Virus record (IMG/VR): IMGVR_UViG_3300042691_030776
Strand: one strand, 5' to 3'
Length of the DNA stretch: 64,000 bases
Source: a virus
The position numbers were made by a program, and so were the translations under genes. Every line of letters starts with the position of its first letter. The first letter of the stretch is position 1. The notes under the pieces are model-generated. The model was not told the DNA's origin, searched no databases, and saw nothing but the letters and a program-made list of their open reading frames with translations. Below, piece after piece: positions 10,243 to 19,936 of the stretch.

Positions 10243-11883
10243 TTATCCTAGATAGCTGATGGAGTATTTTAATGTGCCGCCAGAAGCGATGCCGACGAGT
10301 GTATATTGTATGTTGATATTGGTACCACTTTGTATCACACTTAACACTAGATCTGTAGGATTGTTTTCAGTGTAATCGTCGGTGTAACTCAATGTGCCTG
10401 CGGAATCATCACCGTCTTGGCAAACTACTTGTAGTGTTCCAAAACGATTGGTCAAGTTCAAGTCATCTTTGAATCTATATTGCATGTTAAACGCCTGTGC
10501 TTCTGCTGTGTTGATAGTTATGACAGTTGTGGGACTGCCCGCAAGATCTAGATAAACTTGTTGTCCAGCGTTTTGTGTGTAGGTGCCAAACTTATAACGT
10601 TCACCTTTGTCAAGTGCAAATACTTTTTTGTTGTTGATCTTGATGCGAGGTTCGAGTACGTTGAATGTTTCGTCACGCTCAAACATGTCGCCTAGAGATA
10701 CGTTGTTGTCATTTCGGAAATCAATGATGGGTGCAGTGGGTGTTTGATTTCCGCCCTGGAAGTTCGTGGCCACATCTAAGAAAATATTGTAGCCAGTCAT
10801 GTTGTTTTCTACATCATTAGCAGTGGGCGAGGATCCAACAATGATGCCTTCTTGAGCGATATTGTCAAAAAGATTATGCAATACACGGAAACCCACAGGA
10901 CCTGGATCTCCGGGCGCTGTTTCTGTTCCTAATAACACACCTTGATATAAAACGTTGAACTTTGAGTTTTGTACAGTGATGCCTTCCACTTGTTGATCAA
11001 CATCAAACGCATAGGTCATGCCTGTGAAATGACAGCTATCAAAAGTCACTGTGTTGGTGATGTAGCTCACTGTGCTGGCAAACTGCACACAGGCTATGTC
11101 AGCAGTGGTCACGTCGCCAGGATTGTTTTCAATGTAGCTTTGACTAAATGGCCCATTGAAGCTGACATCTTGGAAAGTGATTTGTTCTGCATCTTCTACC
11201 AGGAAGAGATCAATCTCTTCGTTGGTTTCAAATCCCATGTTGTAGATTTCAATGTTTTGCGGTGGAGCCGCACCGTTGTTGCCAATATTCACACCTGTTT
11301 GTTGTAGGCTGTCGGCTGTGCGGGCAACATAAGACCCAAAGGTCGAATCCACAGCGGCATTCATGAAGATTACAGAACTATCGCCACCTTCACCGTAGAG
11401 CTTGGCATAGGGAGGAATATTGATTGTGTCTGTCACACGATACACGCCAGCAGGGAAAAATAAACTACGGCGTACCTGTGGGTTGTTTTCGCGACAGAAC
11501 ATTTGGAACAAGGCACGATTTATGGCATCAGTGTCGTCGGTTTCACCGTCACCAGTGGCACCAAAATCTTTGACTGATGCCATTTCATCCAGCACTGATT
11601 GTAGTGTACGCTTGACAGGATCGCCAGATGTAGGACCTGTTTGTACTGTGTATCCACCTGCTTCACCTTTGTAGGTATAAAGCCCGGCAATGGCAAATAT
11701 ATCAGAATACTCAGTAAGGATTTCGGTATTGCCGATAGCAGGAGCACCTTCTTGTATGGTACCGTTGCCAATGAAAAGTCTGCGCTCGTCAATGACCCAT
11801 CCAAACTCTGCACCCGCTAACTGCGGTAAGTTTTCACTGAGTCCTTTGCGTTGAGTAATACGTGATATCTGAACTATTGCCAT
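10243..11883 (-). CDS. Virion protein with pectate-lyase-like beta-helix (tailspike/depolymerase-like)
   Basis: N-terminal LAGAEFGW...RLFIGNG anchoring module; SVKDFGATGDGETDDTDAINRAL and LFFPAGVY (Pectate_lyase_3 pattern); late TAAATA upstream. Confidence 0.75.
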   Translation of the reverse strand: MAIVQISRITQRKGLSENLPQLAGAEFGWVIDERRLFIGNGTIQEGAPAIGNTEILTEYSDIFAIAGLYTYKGEAGGYTVQTGPTSGDPVKRTLQSVLDEMASVKDFGATGDGETDDTDAINRALFQMFCRENNPQVRRSLFFPAGVYRVTDTINIPPYAKLYGEGGDSSVIFMNAAVDSTFGSYVARTADSLQQTGVNIGNNGAAPPQNIEIYNMGFETNEEIDLFLVEDAEQITFQDVSFNGPFSQSYIENNPGDVTTADIACVQFASTVSYITNTVTFDSCHFTGMTYAFDVDQQVEGITVQNSKFNVLYQGVLLGTETAPGDPGPVGFRVLHNLFDNIAQEGIIVGSSPTANDVENNMTGYNIFLDVATNFQGGNQTPTAPIIDFRNDNNVSLGDMFERDETFNVLEPRIKINNKKVFALDKGERYKFGTYTQNAGQQVYLDLAGSPTTVITINTAEAQAFNMQYRFKDDLNLTNRFGTLQVVCQDGDDSAGTLSYTDDYTENNPTDLVLSVIQSGTNINIQYTLVGIASGGTLKYSISYLG

Positions 11884-11903
11884 TCTTGTCTCCGATCACG
11901 TAT

Positions 11904-12614
11904 TTAGCTGGTCAAGTAGTAGAGCTCTATCCGCTTGTTCCACTCGTTTTTCCAGTGGGAGAACTCATCTTTTTCCACCACAAACTCCAAATACTGCGGT
12001 GTTGAATAACTACCATCTTCTAAGAGTTTGGGCTGGGCGGCCATTAAAATAACACCTGTATCTATAGCAGTACCGTGCATGTGATCGTGCGCCTGTGCAT
12101 AGGCAGCCAACTGTAGGAAATAGTCTTCGATCCACTCACGTTTTTTAGGTTTATTGGTCTGTTTAAAGTCCATGATCGCAGGACGGCCTTTCCACATGCC
12201 CACACAGTCCGTGGTTCCGGCATACAAGCCTGAATAATACAGCGGAACTTCACAGCCCCAAAACTCGTCGACATTGCACAGTCCTTCTAATATAACCTGT
12301 GCGGCCATGAACCAGCTGGGATGTGCAAATGGATTACCGGGCAAGGGTTTCATGTCGTCACTGAGGATGTAGCTTTCCAAGTATGCATGCATTCTTGTGC
12401 CTCGGTTGGCAGCTTCTGTCGTGATGGCCTGTGCCTGTGCTTCTCCCACACGCTTTTTCCAGTTGGCCAGAGCTTCACGTTTTTCCTGTGGTTTAGTTTT
12501 ATCTAAAATAGTAGTGACACTGGGCACTTTAGATCCGTCAGGCAAACAATAATGACGTTTGCCTTCAATGGTGGTACGATCAAGTGGTGTGTAGTTATAG
12601 CGTTGTGTTATCAT
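11904..12614 (-). CDS. PD-(D/E)XK exonuclease (Cas4/MGME1-like)
   Basis: PSVTTIL, RGTRMH, YAGTTD, IMDFK, QLAAY; start overlaps iscA stop. Confidence 0.88.
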   Translation of the reverse strand: MITQRYNYTPLDRTTIEGKRHYCLPDGSKVPSVTTILDKTKPQEKREALANWKKRVGEAQAQAITTEAANRGTRMHAYLESYILSDDMKPLPGNPFAHPSWFMAAQVILEGLCNVDEFWGCEVPLYYSGLYAGTTDCVGMWKGRPAIMDFKQTNKPKKREWIEDYFLQLAAYAQAHDHMHGTAIDTGVILMAAQPKLLEDGSYSTPQYLEFVVEKDEFSHWKNEWNKRIELYYLTS

Positions 12615-12943
12615 TAGACTCGGAAACTTTCTCCGCAACCACATCGGTCGCGTTCATTAGGGTTAATAAAATCAAATCCTTCATTGAGTCCGTTGCGGAC
12701 CCAGTCCATGGTCATGCCTTCGAGATAAGGGCGGTGCTTGGGGTCTACATAAACACGTACACCATTGACATCATAGTGTGCTACGCAATGTTCTCGCCCT
12801 TGCTCAACATCGACATATTCTAGGACGTATGCAAGGCCACTGCAACCTGTGGTTTTAACTCCGACCTTGATGCCTATACCTTTTCCTCTACGTGCAATGT
12901 TTTCTTTAATCTTGCAAGCGGCCAACTCTGTTATATCAATCAT
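12614..12943 (-). CDS. iscA: Fe-S cluster A-type carrier IscA
   Basis: GVKTTGCSGLAY and CGCGESF. Confidence 0.95.
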   Translation of the reverse strand: MIDITELAACKIKENIARRGKGIGIKVGVKTTGCSGLAYVLEYVDVEQGREHCVAHYDVNGVRVYVDPKHRPYLEGMTMDWVRNGLNEGFDFINPNERDRCGCGESFRV

Positions 12944-13938
12944 GATATTTTTCTTCCAACGTATTCTTCAACCAGTCTGCGATAGTTGATTTTGTTGTAG
13001 TCTGCTATGGCATTTATTTCGTAGATCATGTTTTGTTGCTGTTGCTTATCTAGGTTGGCAATACGACGGATTTCATCGCAGATCATATCAAATCTTTTTT
13101 CTGGGTTGGGTTCATGATCATAACTTTCGTCAATCCAAGGAGAAAATGTTTGAAAGCCCAACCGGCGGAGCTCATCCAGCTGAGCTGGTGTTCCTAACAA
13201 CAAAAAAGGTTTACCCGAAATCAAACACTTGGCAGTTTTTTCTGTCCACCAACCGCAGTCATAAACATTGGTCTCTAACACGATCTCTATCTGATAGAGA
13301 GAGAAAATATTATGGTAGTCTGGCAAACAGTTAAACCCATCGACTCGGCCATTGTACCCACCTTCTATGGTGGCATTTTTTTCTTCTCTGTGTCGTAACC
13401 AATCAAGTTCAGCAGGGAACCATTTTTTAACTGATTCAAACTCGTATTCGGCCCACTGTAAACTAGGTTGAAAAGCCACCACGCTGTGTTGTGACATTTC
13501 TGTTTCAAGAAAATGCGCCATTAAAAATCTGTGCGATGTAAATCTTCCAAAAAATCCTCCAAACAATCGAGCATTGGGATCTCTTGTGCATTTATCAACT
13601 TCAATGTCAAACGCATGTATGAAACTCGTACTAGGTTTAGTGATCACTGTGGCCCAGGGCGTTTCAAATCGTGGTACGTGATCATAAGTTTCAAGGATAA
13701 GCCTGTCCTTCGATACTGACAGTGTAGTGGCTAGATGTTCTAGCACTCGATCAAACGCCACCAATCTAAATGGTTCTGTCTCGTGAGAAACAAATCTCAA
13801 AACTCGATTATTGATTTTATCTCTAAGTTGATACAATGTCCTATACAGTTCAGGAATATGATGCACATATCCGTCATGCTTGATATAATCAGTCAGCTGT
13901 ACGGTTACCTCACGGTCTGTGACATTTACGCAATCCAT
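12940..13938 (-). CDS. Putative glycosyltransferase (TEKT family, GT-B-like C-terminus)
   Basis: TEKTAK...KPFLLLG...LRRLGFQTF...IDESYD, shared with 44467 and 55547 ORFs. Confidence 0.55.
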   Translation of the reverse strand: MDCVNVTDREVTVQLTDYIKHDGYVHHIPELYRTLYQLRDKINNRVLRFVSHETEPFRLVAFDRVLEHLATTLSVSKDRLILETYDHVPRFETPWATVITKPSTSFIHAFDIEVDKCTRDPNARLFGGFFGRFTSHRFLMAHFLETEMSQHSVVAFQPSLQWAEYEFESVKKWFPAELDWLRHREEKNATIEGGYNGRVDGFNCLPDYHNIFSLYQIEIVLETNVYDCGWWTEKTAKCLISGKPFLLLGTPAQLDELRRLGFQTFSPWIDESYDHEPNPEKRFDMICDEIRRIANLDKQQQQNMIYEINAIADYNKINYRRLVEEYVGRKIS

Positions 13939-14325
13939 TTAAGCCTTGTGTTTCTGTCGATAGTCTTCTACTGCGGCCTTAATGGCATCTTCGGCCAGGA
14001 TGGAGCAGTGTATCTTCACCGGTGGCAATGCTAGTTCTTCGGCGATTTCACTGTTTTTGATTGTGGCTGCTTCGTCAAGGGTTTTTCCTTTGACCCACTC
14101 TGTGACCAGGCTCGAGCTTGCAATAGCCGATCCGCAGCCATACGTTTTAAATTTCGCATCTGTAATAATACCTGTAGCATCATCCACCTTGATCTGTAGT
14201 TTCATTACATCCCCGCAAGCAGGTGCACCAACCATACCAGTACCAACGGTAGGATCAGACTTATCAAGAGCACCAACATTACGGGGGTTTTCATAGTGAT
14301 CTATGACCTTATCGCTGTACGCCAT
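13939..14325 (-). CDS. iscU: Fe-S cluster scaffold IscU
   Basis: YSDKVIDHYENPRNVG, GAPACGD, GCGSAIAS, LPPVKIHC. Confidence 0.97.
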   Translation of the reverse strand: MAYSDKVIDHYENPRNVGALDKSDPTVGTGMVGAPACGDVMKLQIKVDDATGIITDAKFKTYGCGSAIASSSLVTEWVKGKTLDEAATIKNSEIAEELALPPVKIHCSILAEDAIKAAVEDYRQKHKA

Positions 14326-14343
14326 AAGAACCTCCCTTTAGTT

Positions 14344-14372
14344 ATTATACGTGATTATTTACTTTAGGTCAA
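14344..14372 (-). promoter_or_regulatory. Sigma70 promoter with nested late TAAATA box (iscU operon)
   Basis: TTGACC-taaagTAAATAatcacg-TATAAT (17-nt spacer), then RBS GGGAGG. Confidence 0.8.
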
Positions 14373-14694
14373 TGGCACGCTTGGCCATTTGGTTCACGGT
14401 TTTTCGAGCTTGATCCACGCTCATTTTTTGATCACTGGCTTGCGGTGTCATCGACCCTTTCCAAATGATTTCGCCATTTTGGATCGAGTCGATGATGTTG
14501 TTGAGTGGAGGTTGCACTGCCAATGTCTCCAATCTTTCGGGTGTCATATTGATACCGTTCTCATGAGCAAGACTCACAAAGGTATCCACGTTCATGGGCT
14601 TGACTGCATCAGTATCTTGTGCTCGCTTGAGTAAAAACTGGCCTATAGCGGCCAGTTTTGTTGAGTCTGGATCCTGGAACTCTCGGATCAACAT
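14359..14694 (-). CDS. Hypothetical protein
   Basis: Start refined to MLIREF just after upstream stop. Confidence 0.65.
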   Translation of the reverse strand: MLIREFQDPDSTKLAAIGQFLLKRAQDTDAVKPMNVDTFVSLAHENGINMTPERLETLAVQPPLNNIIDSIQNGEIIWKGSMTPQASDQKMSVDQARKTVNQMAKRAIDLK

Positions 14695-14695
14695 A

Positions 14696-16135
14696 TTATC
14701 TACGATCGCGGCCGAGTGCTTTGGCTGGCGGTAGTTCTTCGCTGTCTTCGGGTGGAAGATTGGCATCGAGATCCAAGTCAGCATCCATGTCTACTTCACC
14801 AGTGTCAGCACCGGGTACAGCGCCTCCTGGAATGGCAGGGGCTCCCGCGGCGCCAGCATCTTGTCCGGGTACCACTGGGGCTTGACCTGTGAGCACACCT
14901 TGTGCGGTTTCCAGCTGGGTTTTGCTACCCTGGAGGCCCTGGATGAGACCTTGTAGTGCGGCTGTGACATCATTGTTGAACTGTTGTGCTTGATCCATGC
15001 CAACGTCATTGCGGATTGAGTCTACAAGAGCTGGGAGATCTTTGAACTGCATGGCCGACACTTGTTCGATCATTTTCTGGATCTGATCTACCATGTCTTG
15101 TGCGGCTAGTACTACTTGAGCTTGTTGTAACTCGCTGGCTTCACGTAGTCTGCGACCACGAGCTTTTTTAGATTCTGCGGCAGTGGCAGTCTTCAACATT
15201 TGTTGTAATCGAGTTGCTGTTGATGGGTCGCTCATGGCTTTCTGTAAGCCACCCAACTGTGTGCCAAGTGCGGCACGTTGACGAGGATCCAATGTTTTAC
15301 CTTGAACTGCTGTGTCAATGGCCTTGCCAAGCAGATTGGCTTGACTTCCTTGACCTGTGGCTGTGGCAACTTTTCTCACACCCGATGCGGCAGCGGCTGC
15401 CTGTGCAGGATCTTGTTGCGCCATGGCCATGCCTGGTGCGGCACCTGGCTGTGATTCTCTGACTCCACCTGCGGACATTTTGGCTAGATCATTCATGGCC
15501 TTGCGAGCCTGCATGCGATCCATGGTGACTTGATAGTCTTTACCACCAAACTCAAACTTAGGATAACCATAGTCTGCGGCTCTGGCATGTGCTTTGATAA
15601 ACTCAGCTGTGGCCTCTGGACCACCTAGTTTGGCGCTGACTTTGCGCCAGGCGTTGACCAAGGCATCATGAGTGAAGTTGGCTGCCTGGCGACCTGCAGA
15701 GCCTCCAAGAGTAGTTCCTGTCATAGCAACCGGTAAACCAGTTCCAAGGCCGCCACCGATGGCACCACCAGGTCCCAATGCAAGACCGCCGATTAATGCA
15801 CCAGGTATAGCTCCTAGAGCAAAACCAATACCAGCACCTAAAACTTCGCCTGCCGCTTTGCCTACACGTTGCATGCTTTGTGGTGCGGCTTCGCCTAGTC
15901 TGTTGACCAAGGCCTGTTCCATCATCATCAACTTAAGATAAGCTGGATTGCGCTCACTGCGATGAAACTCTGATGTGTTCCGATGCTCGCGGATAAGACC
16001 ACGCACTTTTCGTAGCATAGCCGAGGCTTGCTTGGGCGATATTGAAGTCACGGCCAATGACTGGCCAAACTGACTTTCAAATACCTTCAGGCTTTGTTGT
16101 GTTTTGGTTCTTGATTCCAATTCTTGCAGTTTCAT
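14696..16135 (-). CDS. Putative internal head/prohead protein with glycine-zipper segment
   Basis: MKLQELE N-terminus, GxxxG-rich hydrophobic stretch, helical C-terminal domain. Confidence 0.55.
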   Translation of the reverse strand: MKLQELESRTKTQQSLKVFESQFGQSLAVTSISPKQASAMLRKVRGLIREHRNTSEFHRSERNPAYLKLMMMEQALVNRLGEAAPQSMQRVGKAAGEVLGAGIGFALGAIPGALIGGLALGPGGAIGGGLGTGLPVAMTGTTLGGSAGRQAANFTHDALVNAWRKVSAKLGGPEATAEFIKAHARAADYGYPKFEFGGKDYQVTMDRMQARKAMNDLAKMSAGGVRESQPGAAPGMAMAQQDPAQAAAAASGVRKVATATGQGSQANLLGKAIDTAVQGKTLDPRQRAALGTQLGGLQKAMSDPSTATRLQQMLKTATAAESKKARGRRLREASELQQAQVVLAAQDMVDQIQKMIEQVSAMQFKDLPALVDSIRNDVGMDQAQQFNNDVTAALQGLIQGLQGSKTQLETAQGVLTGQAPVVPGQDAGAAGAPAIPGGAVPGADTGEVDMDADLDLDANLPPEDSEELPPAKALGRDRR

Positions 16136-16562
16136 CTCTGAATCCTTTTTGTTGCCAGTATTTAGCCAGATTTAAACATTCTTCAAGATGTTCTTGTGCG
16201 TGTTTTAAACGTACTTGGCTTTCGACCAACCTATCGTTTGTCACTGATTTTCGCACGGTATCTTCGCTGATTTCTAGCGTATATTTATAGTGTGATATTT
16301 CGTTTTGACGACGTTCGACTTCTTGATCCAACGTCAATAACTGCTGTGCCAGTGCATCTTTGCCATACTTGTCAGCTACGCACCAACTTATAGCAACCTT
16401 GCTAGAACTAGGTTCAGCTGCCAGGGTGGCACTGCGATAGACCTGATAACTGCGCGGAGTTCTTGTTATTGTGTACTTGCCAAATGCTCGTATCTCGTCA
16501 TCCAAGCGTATGATAGCGTTGGAGTTGTTTAGTAAGTGATCTCTAGTGAGACGCTCCAGCAT
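16077..16562 (-). CDS. Hypothetical coiled-coil protein
   Basis: Track ORF 16077-16886; upstream part overlaps 16583-16843, so probable start is ATG 16562. Confidence 0.6.
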   Translation of the reverse strand: MLERLTRDHLLNNSNAIIRLDDEIRAFGKYTITRTPRSYQVYRSATLAAEPSSSKVAISWCVADKYGKDALAQQLLTLDQEVERRQNEISHYKYTLEISEDTVRKSVTNDRLVESQVRLKHAQEHLEECLNLAKYWQQKGFRDETARIGIKNQNTTKPEGI

Positions 16563-16582
16563 GAGCTGGGCTTGGCGTTCGC

Positions 16583-16843
16583 TTATTTTAGGACGTAGTT
16601 TGTGAGCAACCAGCCCACTGTTGCGACCAGCGATACTATGATTCCGATCCCCCAGCTGATCAGGCGATCGGTGTTCTTTTGGCTCATGACCTGTATCATG
16701 TCGTGGACTTCGCGGACCACTGCGTTTAGATTGATCACGGTCTGCTCCACGGTTTCCAGCTTTTCTTCCAGGTACTTGTACCTCTGGGCGCACAGTTCCA
16801 CGTGAGTTTCCAGACTTTTCTTTTCGATGTCCGTTGTTTCCAT
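16583..16843 (-). CDS. Coiled-coil protein with C-terminal TM helix (holin/XhlA-like architecture)
   Basis: Heptad repeats followed by LISWGIGIIVSLVATVGWLL. Confidence 0.6.
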   Translation of the reverse strand: METTDIEKKSLETHVELCAQRYKYLEEKLETVEQTVINLNAVVREVHDMIQVMSQKNTDRLISWGIGIIVSLVATVGWLLTNYVLK

Positions 16844-16866
16844 TAGAATCTTTCTTGTTTGATTGT

Positions 16867-17343
16867 TTATTTATTTGTTTGGGCATGATAAATGATGTTG
16901 ATATTTGAGCCTTGTGTGATCAGCCAAGGATCCATTTTCGCTGTTTCTGTTAATCCCATGAGCATGGGTGTACGATCACTGTCATTTTTTAACAACCAAA
17001 AGTCATCATTGTCCACACTCCATTGCGACTGCGGTTCTATTTCAAAGGTAAACCGCCAAACTTGTACGTCTGGCCCGGCCCAGGCAAAATCCTGGGGCAC
17101 GTTTGTTACAATCTCTGGATCTGAGATTTCAAATACTTGTGTTCGCATTCCCACTAACTGTAGTATGGTATCTAGATTGCGCTGTTGATTGCGAGCACGA
17201 GCCAGTTCCAGTTGATCGTTTATCACTGTGCCGGTTTTACTGACATAGGGGTATTCTATGTTGCGTTGGTGTCCGTTTACTGCTGTAGCCGTGATATCAA
17301 ACAAGCACAAACATTCAATCTTTAGCATTGTGCTTGAGTTCAT
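16867..17343 (-). CDS. Hypothetical protein
   Basis: 158 aa; LFDITAT and RNQQRN motifs. Confidence 0.65.
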   Translation of the reverse strand: MNSSTMLKIECLCLFDITATAVNGHQRNIEYPYVSKTGTVINDQLELARARNQQRNLDTILQLVGMRTQVFEISDPEIVTNVPQDFAWAGPDVQVWRFTFEIEPQSQWSVDNDDFWLLKNDSDRTPMLMGLTETAKMDPWLITQGSNINIIYHAQTNK

Positions 17344-17557
17344 AATATACCTTGACCTGATCTAACATTTCTTTGAGAGCAGGATCTCTAATAGAAGCTC
17401 GGCGTATGTTCCCCCAGAGTTTGTCTTCCTTGATTTGGTTTATCTTGTCCTGAGTTTCTTTATCAACAGAAACTAGTTCTCGATCTTGTTTGCCAACATG
17501 CCTCCGATAAACTGTGTGTCCACCGTCGGGGCTTTCAAAAACATATTCTCCGCTCAT
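17315..17557 (-). CDS. Hypothetical protein
   Basis: 80 aa, YVFESPDGGHTVYRR; TAAATA 5 nt upstream of ATG. Confidence 0.7.
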   Translation of the reverse strand: MSGEYVFESPDGGHTVYRRHVGKQDRELVSVDKETQDKINQIKEDKLWGNIRRASIRDPALKEMLDQVKVYYELKHNAKD

Positions 17558-17574
17558 GCAGGTATTTAAGCCAT

Positions 17575-17607
17575 AAAAAAACCCTAGTTAAAGAACTAGG
17601 GCTTTTT
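17575..17607 (-). terminator. Intrinsic terminator
   Basis: CCCTAGTT-AAAG-AACTAGGG stem flanked by A/T tracts. Confidence 0.85.
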
Positions 17608-17626
17608 AGGTTAAAGTGTCGAGCGA

Positions 17627-18010
17627 TTAAGCAGACAACTTGAAACCGTTGTTTGTTGCGCTATTCAACTGGAAGCCAGTGTATGTGATGTTTGCGGCTG
17701 CCAAGAAAGCGGCTGCATCAGCAAAAGCACCTGTTGGGTACACAGCAACAGAAAGTGCTACGCCGTCAACTTGGTACATAGCTACAGTAGATGTTTGCTG
17801 GATCGCTGTGATAACGTTAGCAACATACTCTGCTACACCGCCTTCGCCGTTGATGCTGTTGTTAGCAACTGCACGGAAGAAGTCGAGCTTAGGACCTGCT
17901 GGCTGGACTGGAACGCCTGCCAAAGATGTTGAAGGTGCAACTGGACCGTTTTGTACGTCTAGTGCGAATACTGGTTGTGAATCACCATTGACTCTTGTAA
18001 ATTGTGCCAT
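17627..18010 (-). CDS. Probable abundant virion structural protein
   Basis: Own TATAAATA promoter, RBS AAGGAG and terminator; A/G/N/T-rich. Confidence 0.6.
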   Translation of the reverse strand: MAQFTRVNGDSQPVFALDVQNGPVAPSTSLAGVPVQPAGPKLDFFRAVANNSINGEGGVAEYVANVITAIQQTSTVAMYQVDGVALSVAVYPTGAFADAAAFLAAANITYTGFQLNSATNNGFKLSA

Positions 18011-18049
18011 TTTAAATCTCCTTAATATATGACCTCATTGGGCCTACTT

Positions 18050-18060
18050 TTATTTATACC
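18050..18060 (-). promoter_or_regulatory. T4-type late promoter
   Basis: TATAAATA on minus strand upstream of 18010. Confidence 0.7.
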
Positions 18061-18082
18061 TGAACGGAGAAATCGGTGGGTA

Positions 18083-19936
18083 TCAACCTTGATCGGGATT
18101 GTTTTGGGCAAAGTTTGCTCGGCTAAAACGCATACGGTCCACAAACTTTATGCCGTGTCCAACGTAGCCTTCGTGCCCCGGCTCGTTGCCAATGTAAGCC
18201 CTGACATCGTGCGCTTGACTGTCAAGCTGTTGTACCAGAGCATTTTTAACAGCCGTGATATCAAGGAACACTTGGAACACAGCGGCCACTGCTTGTTTGT
18301 TTTCTGTAGCCCACTCGAATATACGCGGTGCTTTGGCAGGTTCCTTGGCTTGTAACCAAGGGCCAAACCCACCTATGAGATTGTTGAAGTTACCTTCTCT
18401 CACACGACTGTTGATGTAAGTTTTCATCAACTGTGGCAGATTTGTTATTTTTCTGGCTCGCAGTTCCTGAGGATTAAACAGCTGATCAATGGCCGCACCT
18501 TGTGTGGTGGCTATCTTTCTAATGTCACCCATGGCACCAGCATCCAGCGTGACTGGTTTTGGATCTTTTAAGCTAGGATCTAGTATCAACAGTCCAGGAA
18601 CTGGTCTTAGATCGGCAGCTCTGATTGGCTGTGCTGGTGCACCAGGCTCTGCCAATGATGTATGAATGACCACTCCGGCTTGGCTCTGTCCAACTTGTTT
18701 TCCTAACTCAGAACTAGCAGGTACTGCATAAGTCACTGTGTTGGGGCGAAACACATATTCACCGTTGACGACCTGCGGAGTTGCGCTGTACAACAGATCT
18801 CCTTGTATGTACCCACGGAAGTCAGCAGGCACGGCAGCTTTTAACAATGGAAACAGTCGTTGATATAGTGCAACTAGTTCGCCACGCTCGCCGCCGCGAG
18901 TGGCCATGATGCGAGCAATCTGTTCAGGAGATGTGGCCAAGCCGTCGTAACCTTTGGCTCCAAATCCACTCTTGTCTGTAAGAACAAACTCTCCATTGGG
19001 TTTACGGCCAAATATGATAGCAGGCTTTCCGTCCCACTTGACTGTGACTGAACTGGGATCTTTGGCCGCGTTGGTCAAGCCTATGATAGCTTTTTGTATG
19101 CCTTGGCTACCTATTTCAAATACCAAATCCTCAGGATGTTCGATTCTCCCGGCTTCCATGATCATGACCATGCCTTGGTTGACAATACGGTCGCGCAGTC
19201 GGGCCAAGAAGTGTACATCATTCTCAGCCACAGGTGCATCAGGATCAGGCAAGCCTTCACGTGCTAGATATTCTCGAAAGTCTGCCAGCTTGGCATCACG
19301 CTGTGGATCTTTGGCCAACGATGCATAAATGCTTTCAACATTCTTCAAGTTTTCTCTTGTGGCTCGTTTACCCAACAAGGTTTTGGCCACATAGTCAGGA
19401 TCCAACCCACCATCCACCAGTTGGTTTGTGGTGCGGCTAAACATACCATTGGCTCCTACTTTGAGGCCTAGCTGTTTGGCGATACTACTCATTAGCACAT
19501 TGCGATTCATACCTTTGTAGGCACTGTCTTCGCCGCCTGAATAAAAGAATGTGCCCCAGTCTAGGTTGGGAAAAAACATAAAATCTGTTTGTACGTACCC
19601 ACGTTTGGGATCTCCGGCAATGGGAGTCCTTAAGTGTACCTCACCACCTTTTTTGATCCACTCCTTGGGTTCAAGCCCATGGCTCTGTGCCCATTGTGTG
19701 AGGTTGGCAGCCAGTTGATCCTTGGATATCTCGCTGAGATCTACACCAAGATCTAAATCGCCTGATGTGGTTTTTTTGCCCGTGCTGCCTAGCCATCGCT
19801 CGCGTGGAAACTCCAGGCCAGTGAGTTGTTCTATCCACATCACTGTGGCTGCTACATCGCTCTGATTGATCCGTTGTGTGAGTGGGTTTCCGTCTTTGTC
19901 TTTGAAGACGTTGCCACCTTCAGATAGTAGCCGCAC
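18083..19936 (-). CDS. Fusion of pol-beta-type nucleotidyltransferase and ligase-like (KxDG) domain
   Basis: LGSTGKKTTSGDLDLGVD (GS..DxD) and VQTDFM; second half HPED...TVKWDG...YIQGDLL...HEGYV. Confidence 0.65.
   Translation of the reverse strand: MRLLSEGGNVFKDKDGNPLTQRINQSDVAATVMWIEQLTGLEFPRERWLGSTGKKTTSGDLDLGVDLSEISKDQLAANLTQWAQSHGLEPKEWIKKGGEVHLRTPIAGDPKRGYVQTDFMFFPNLDWGTFFYSGGEDSAYKGMNRNVLMSSIAKQLGLKVGANGMFSRTTNQLVDGGLDPDYVAKTLLGKRATRENLKNVESIYASLAKDPQRDAKLADFREYLAREGLPDPDAPVAENDVHFLARLRDRIVNQGMVMIMEAGRIEHPEDLVFEIGSQGIQKAIIGLTNAAKDPSSVTVKWDGKPAIIFGRKPNGEFVLTDKSGFGAKGYDGLATSPEQIARIMATRGGERGELVALYQRLFPLLKAAVPADFRGYIQGDLLYSATPQVVNGEYVFRPNTVTYAVPASSELGKQVGQSQAGVVIHTSLAEPGAPAQPIRAADLRPVPGLLILDPSLKDPKPVTLDAGAMGDIRKIATTQGAAIDQLFNPQELRARKITNLPQLMKTYINSRVREGNFNNLIGGFGPWLQAKEPAKAPRIFEWATENKQAVAAVFQVFLDITAVKNALVQQLDSQAHDVRAYIGNEPGHEGYVGHGIKFVDRMRFSRANFAQNNPDQG

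Noticed and set aside
11904-12614. Cas4-like nuclease as sign of a CRISPR system
   Set aside because: No repeat-spacer array or other cas genes seen; lacks the Cas4 Cys cluster; solo exonucleases are common in such phages
16563-16886. N-terminal extension of the 269-aa track ORF 16077-16886
   Set aside because: Overlaps the more credible coiled-coil/TM gene 16583-16843 in another frame
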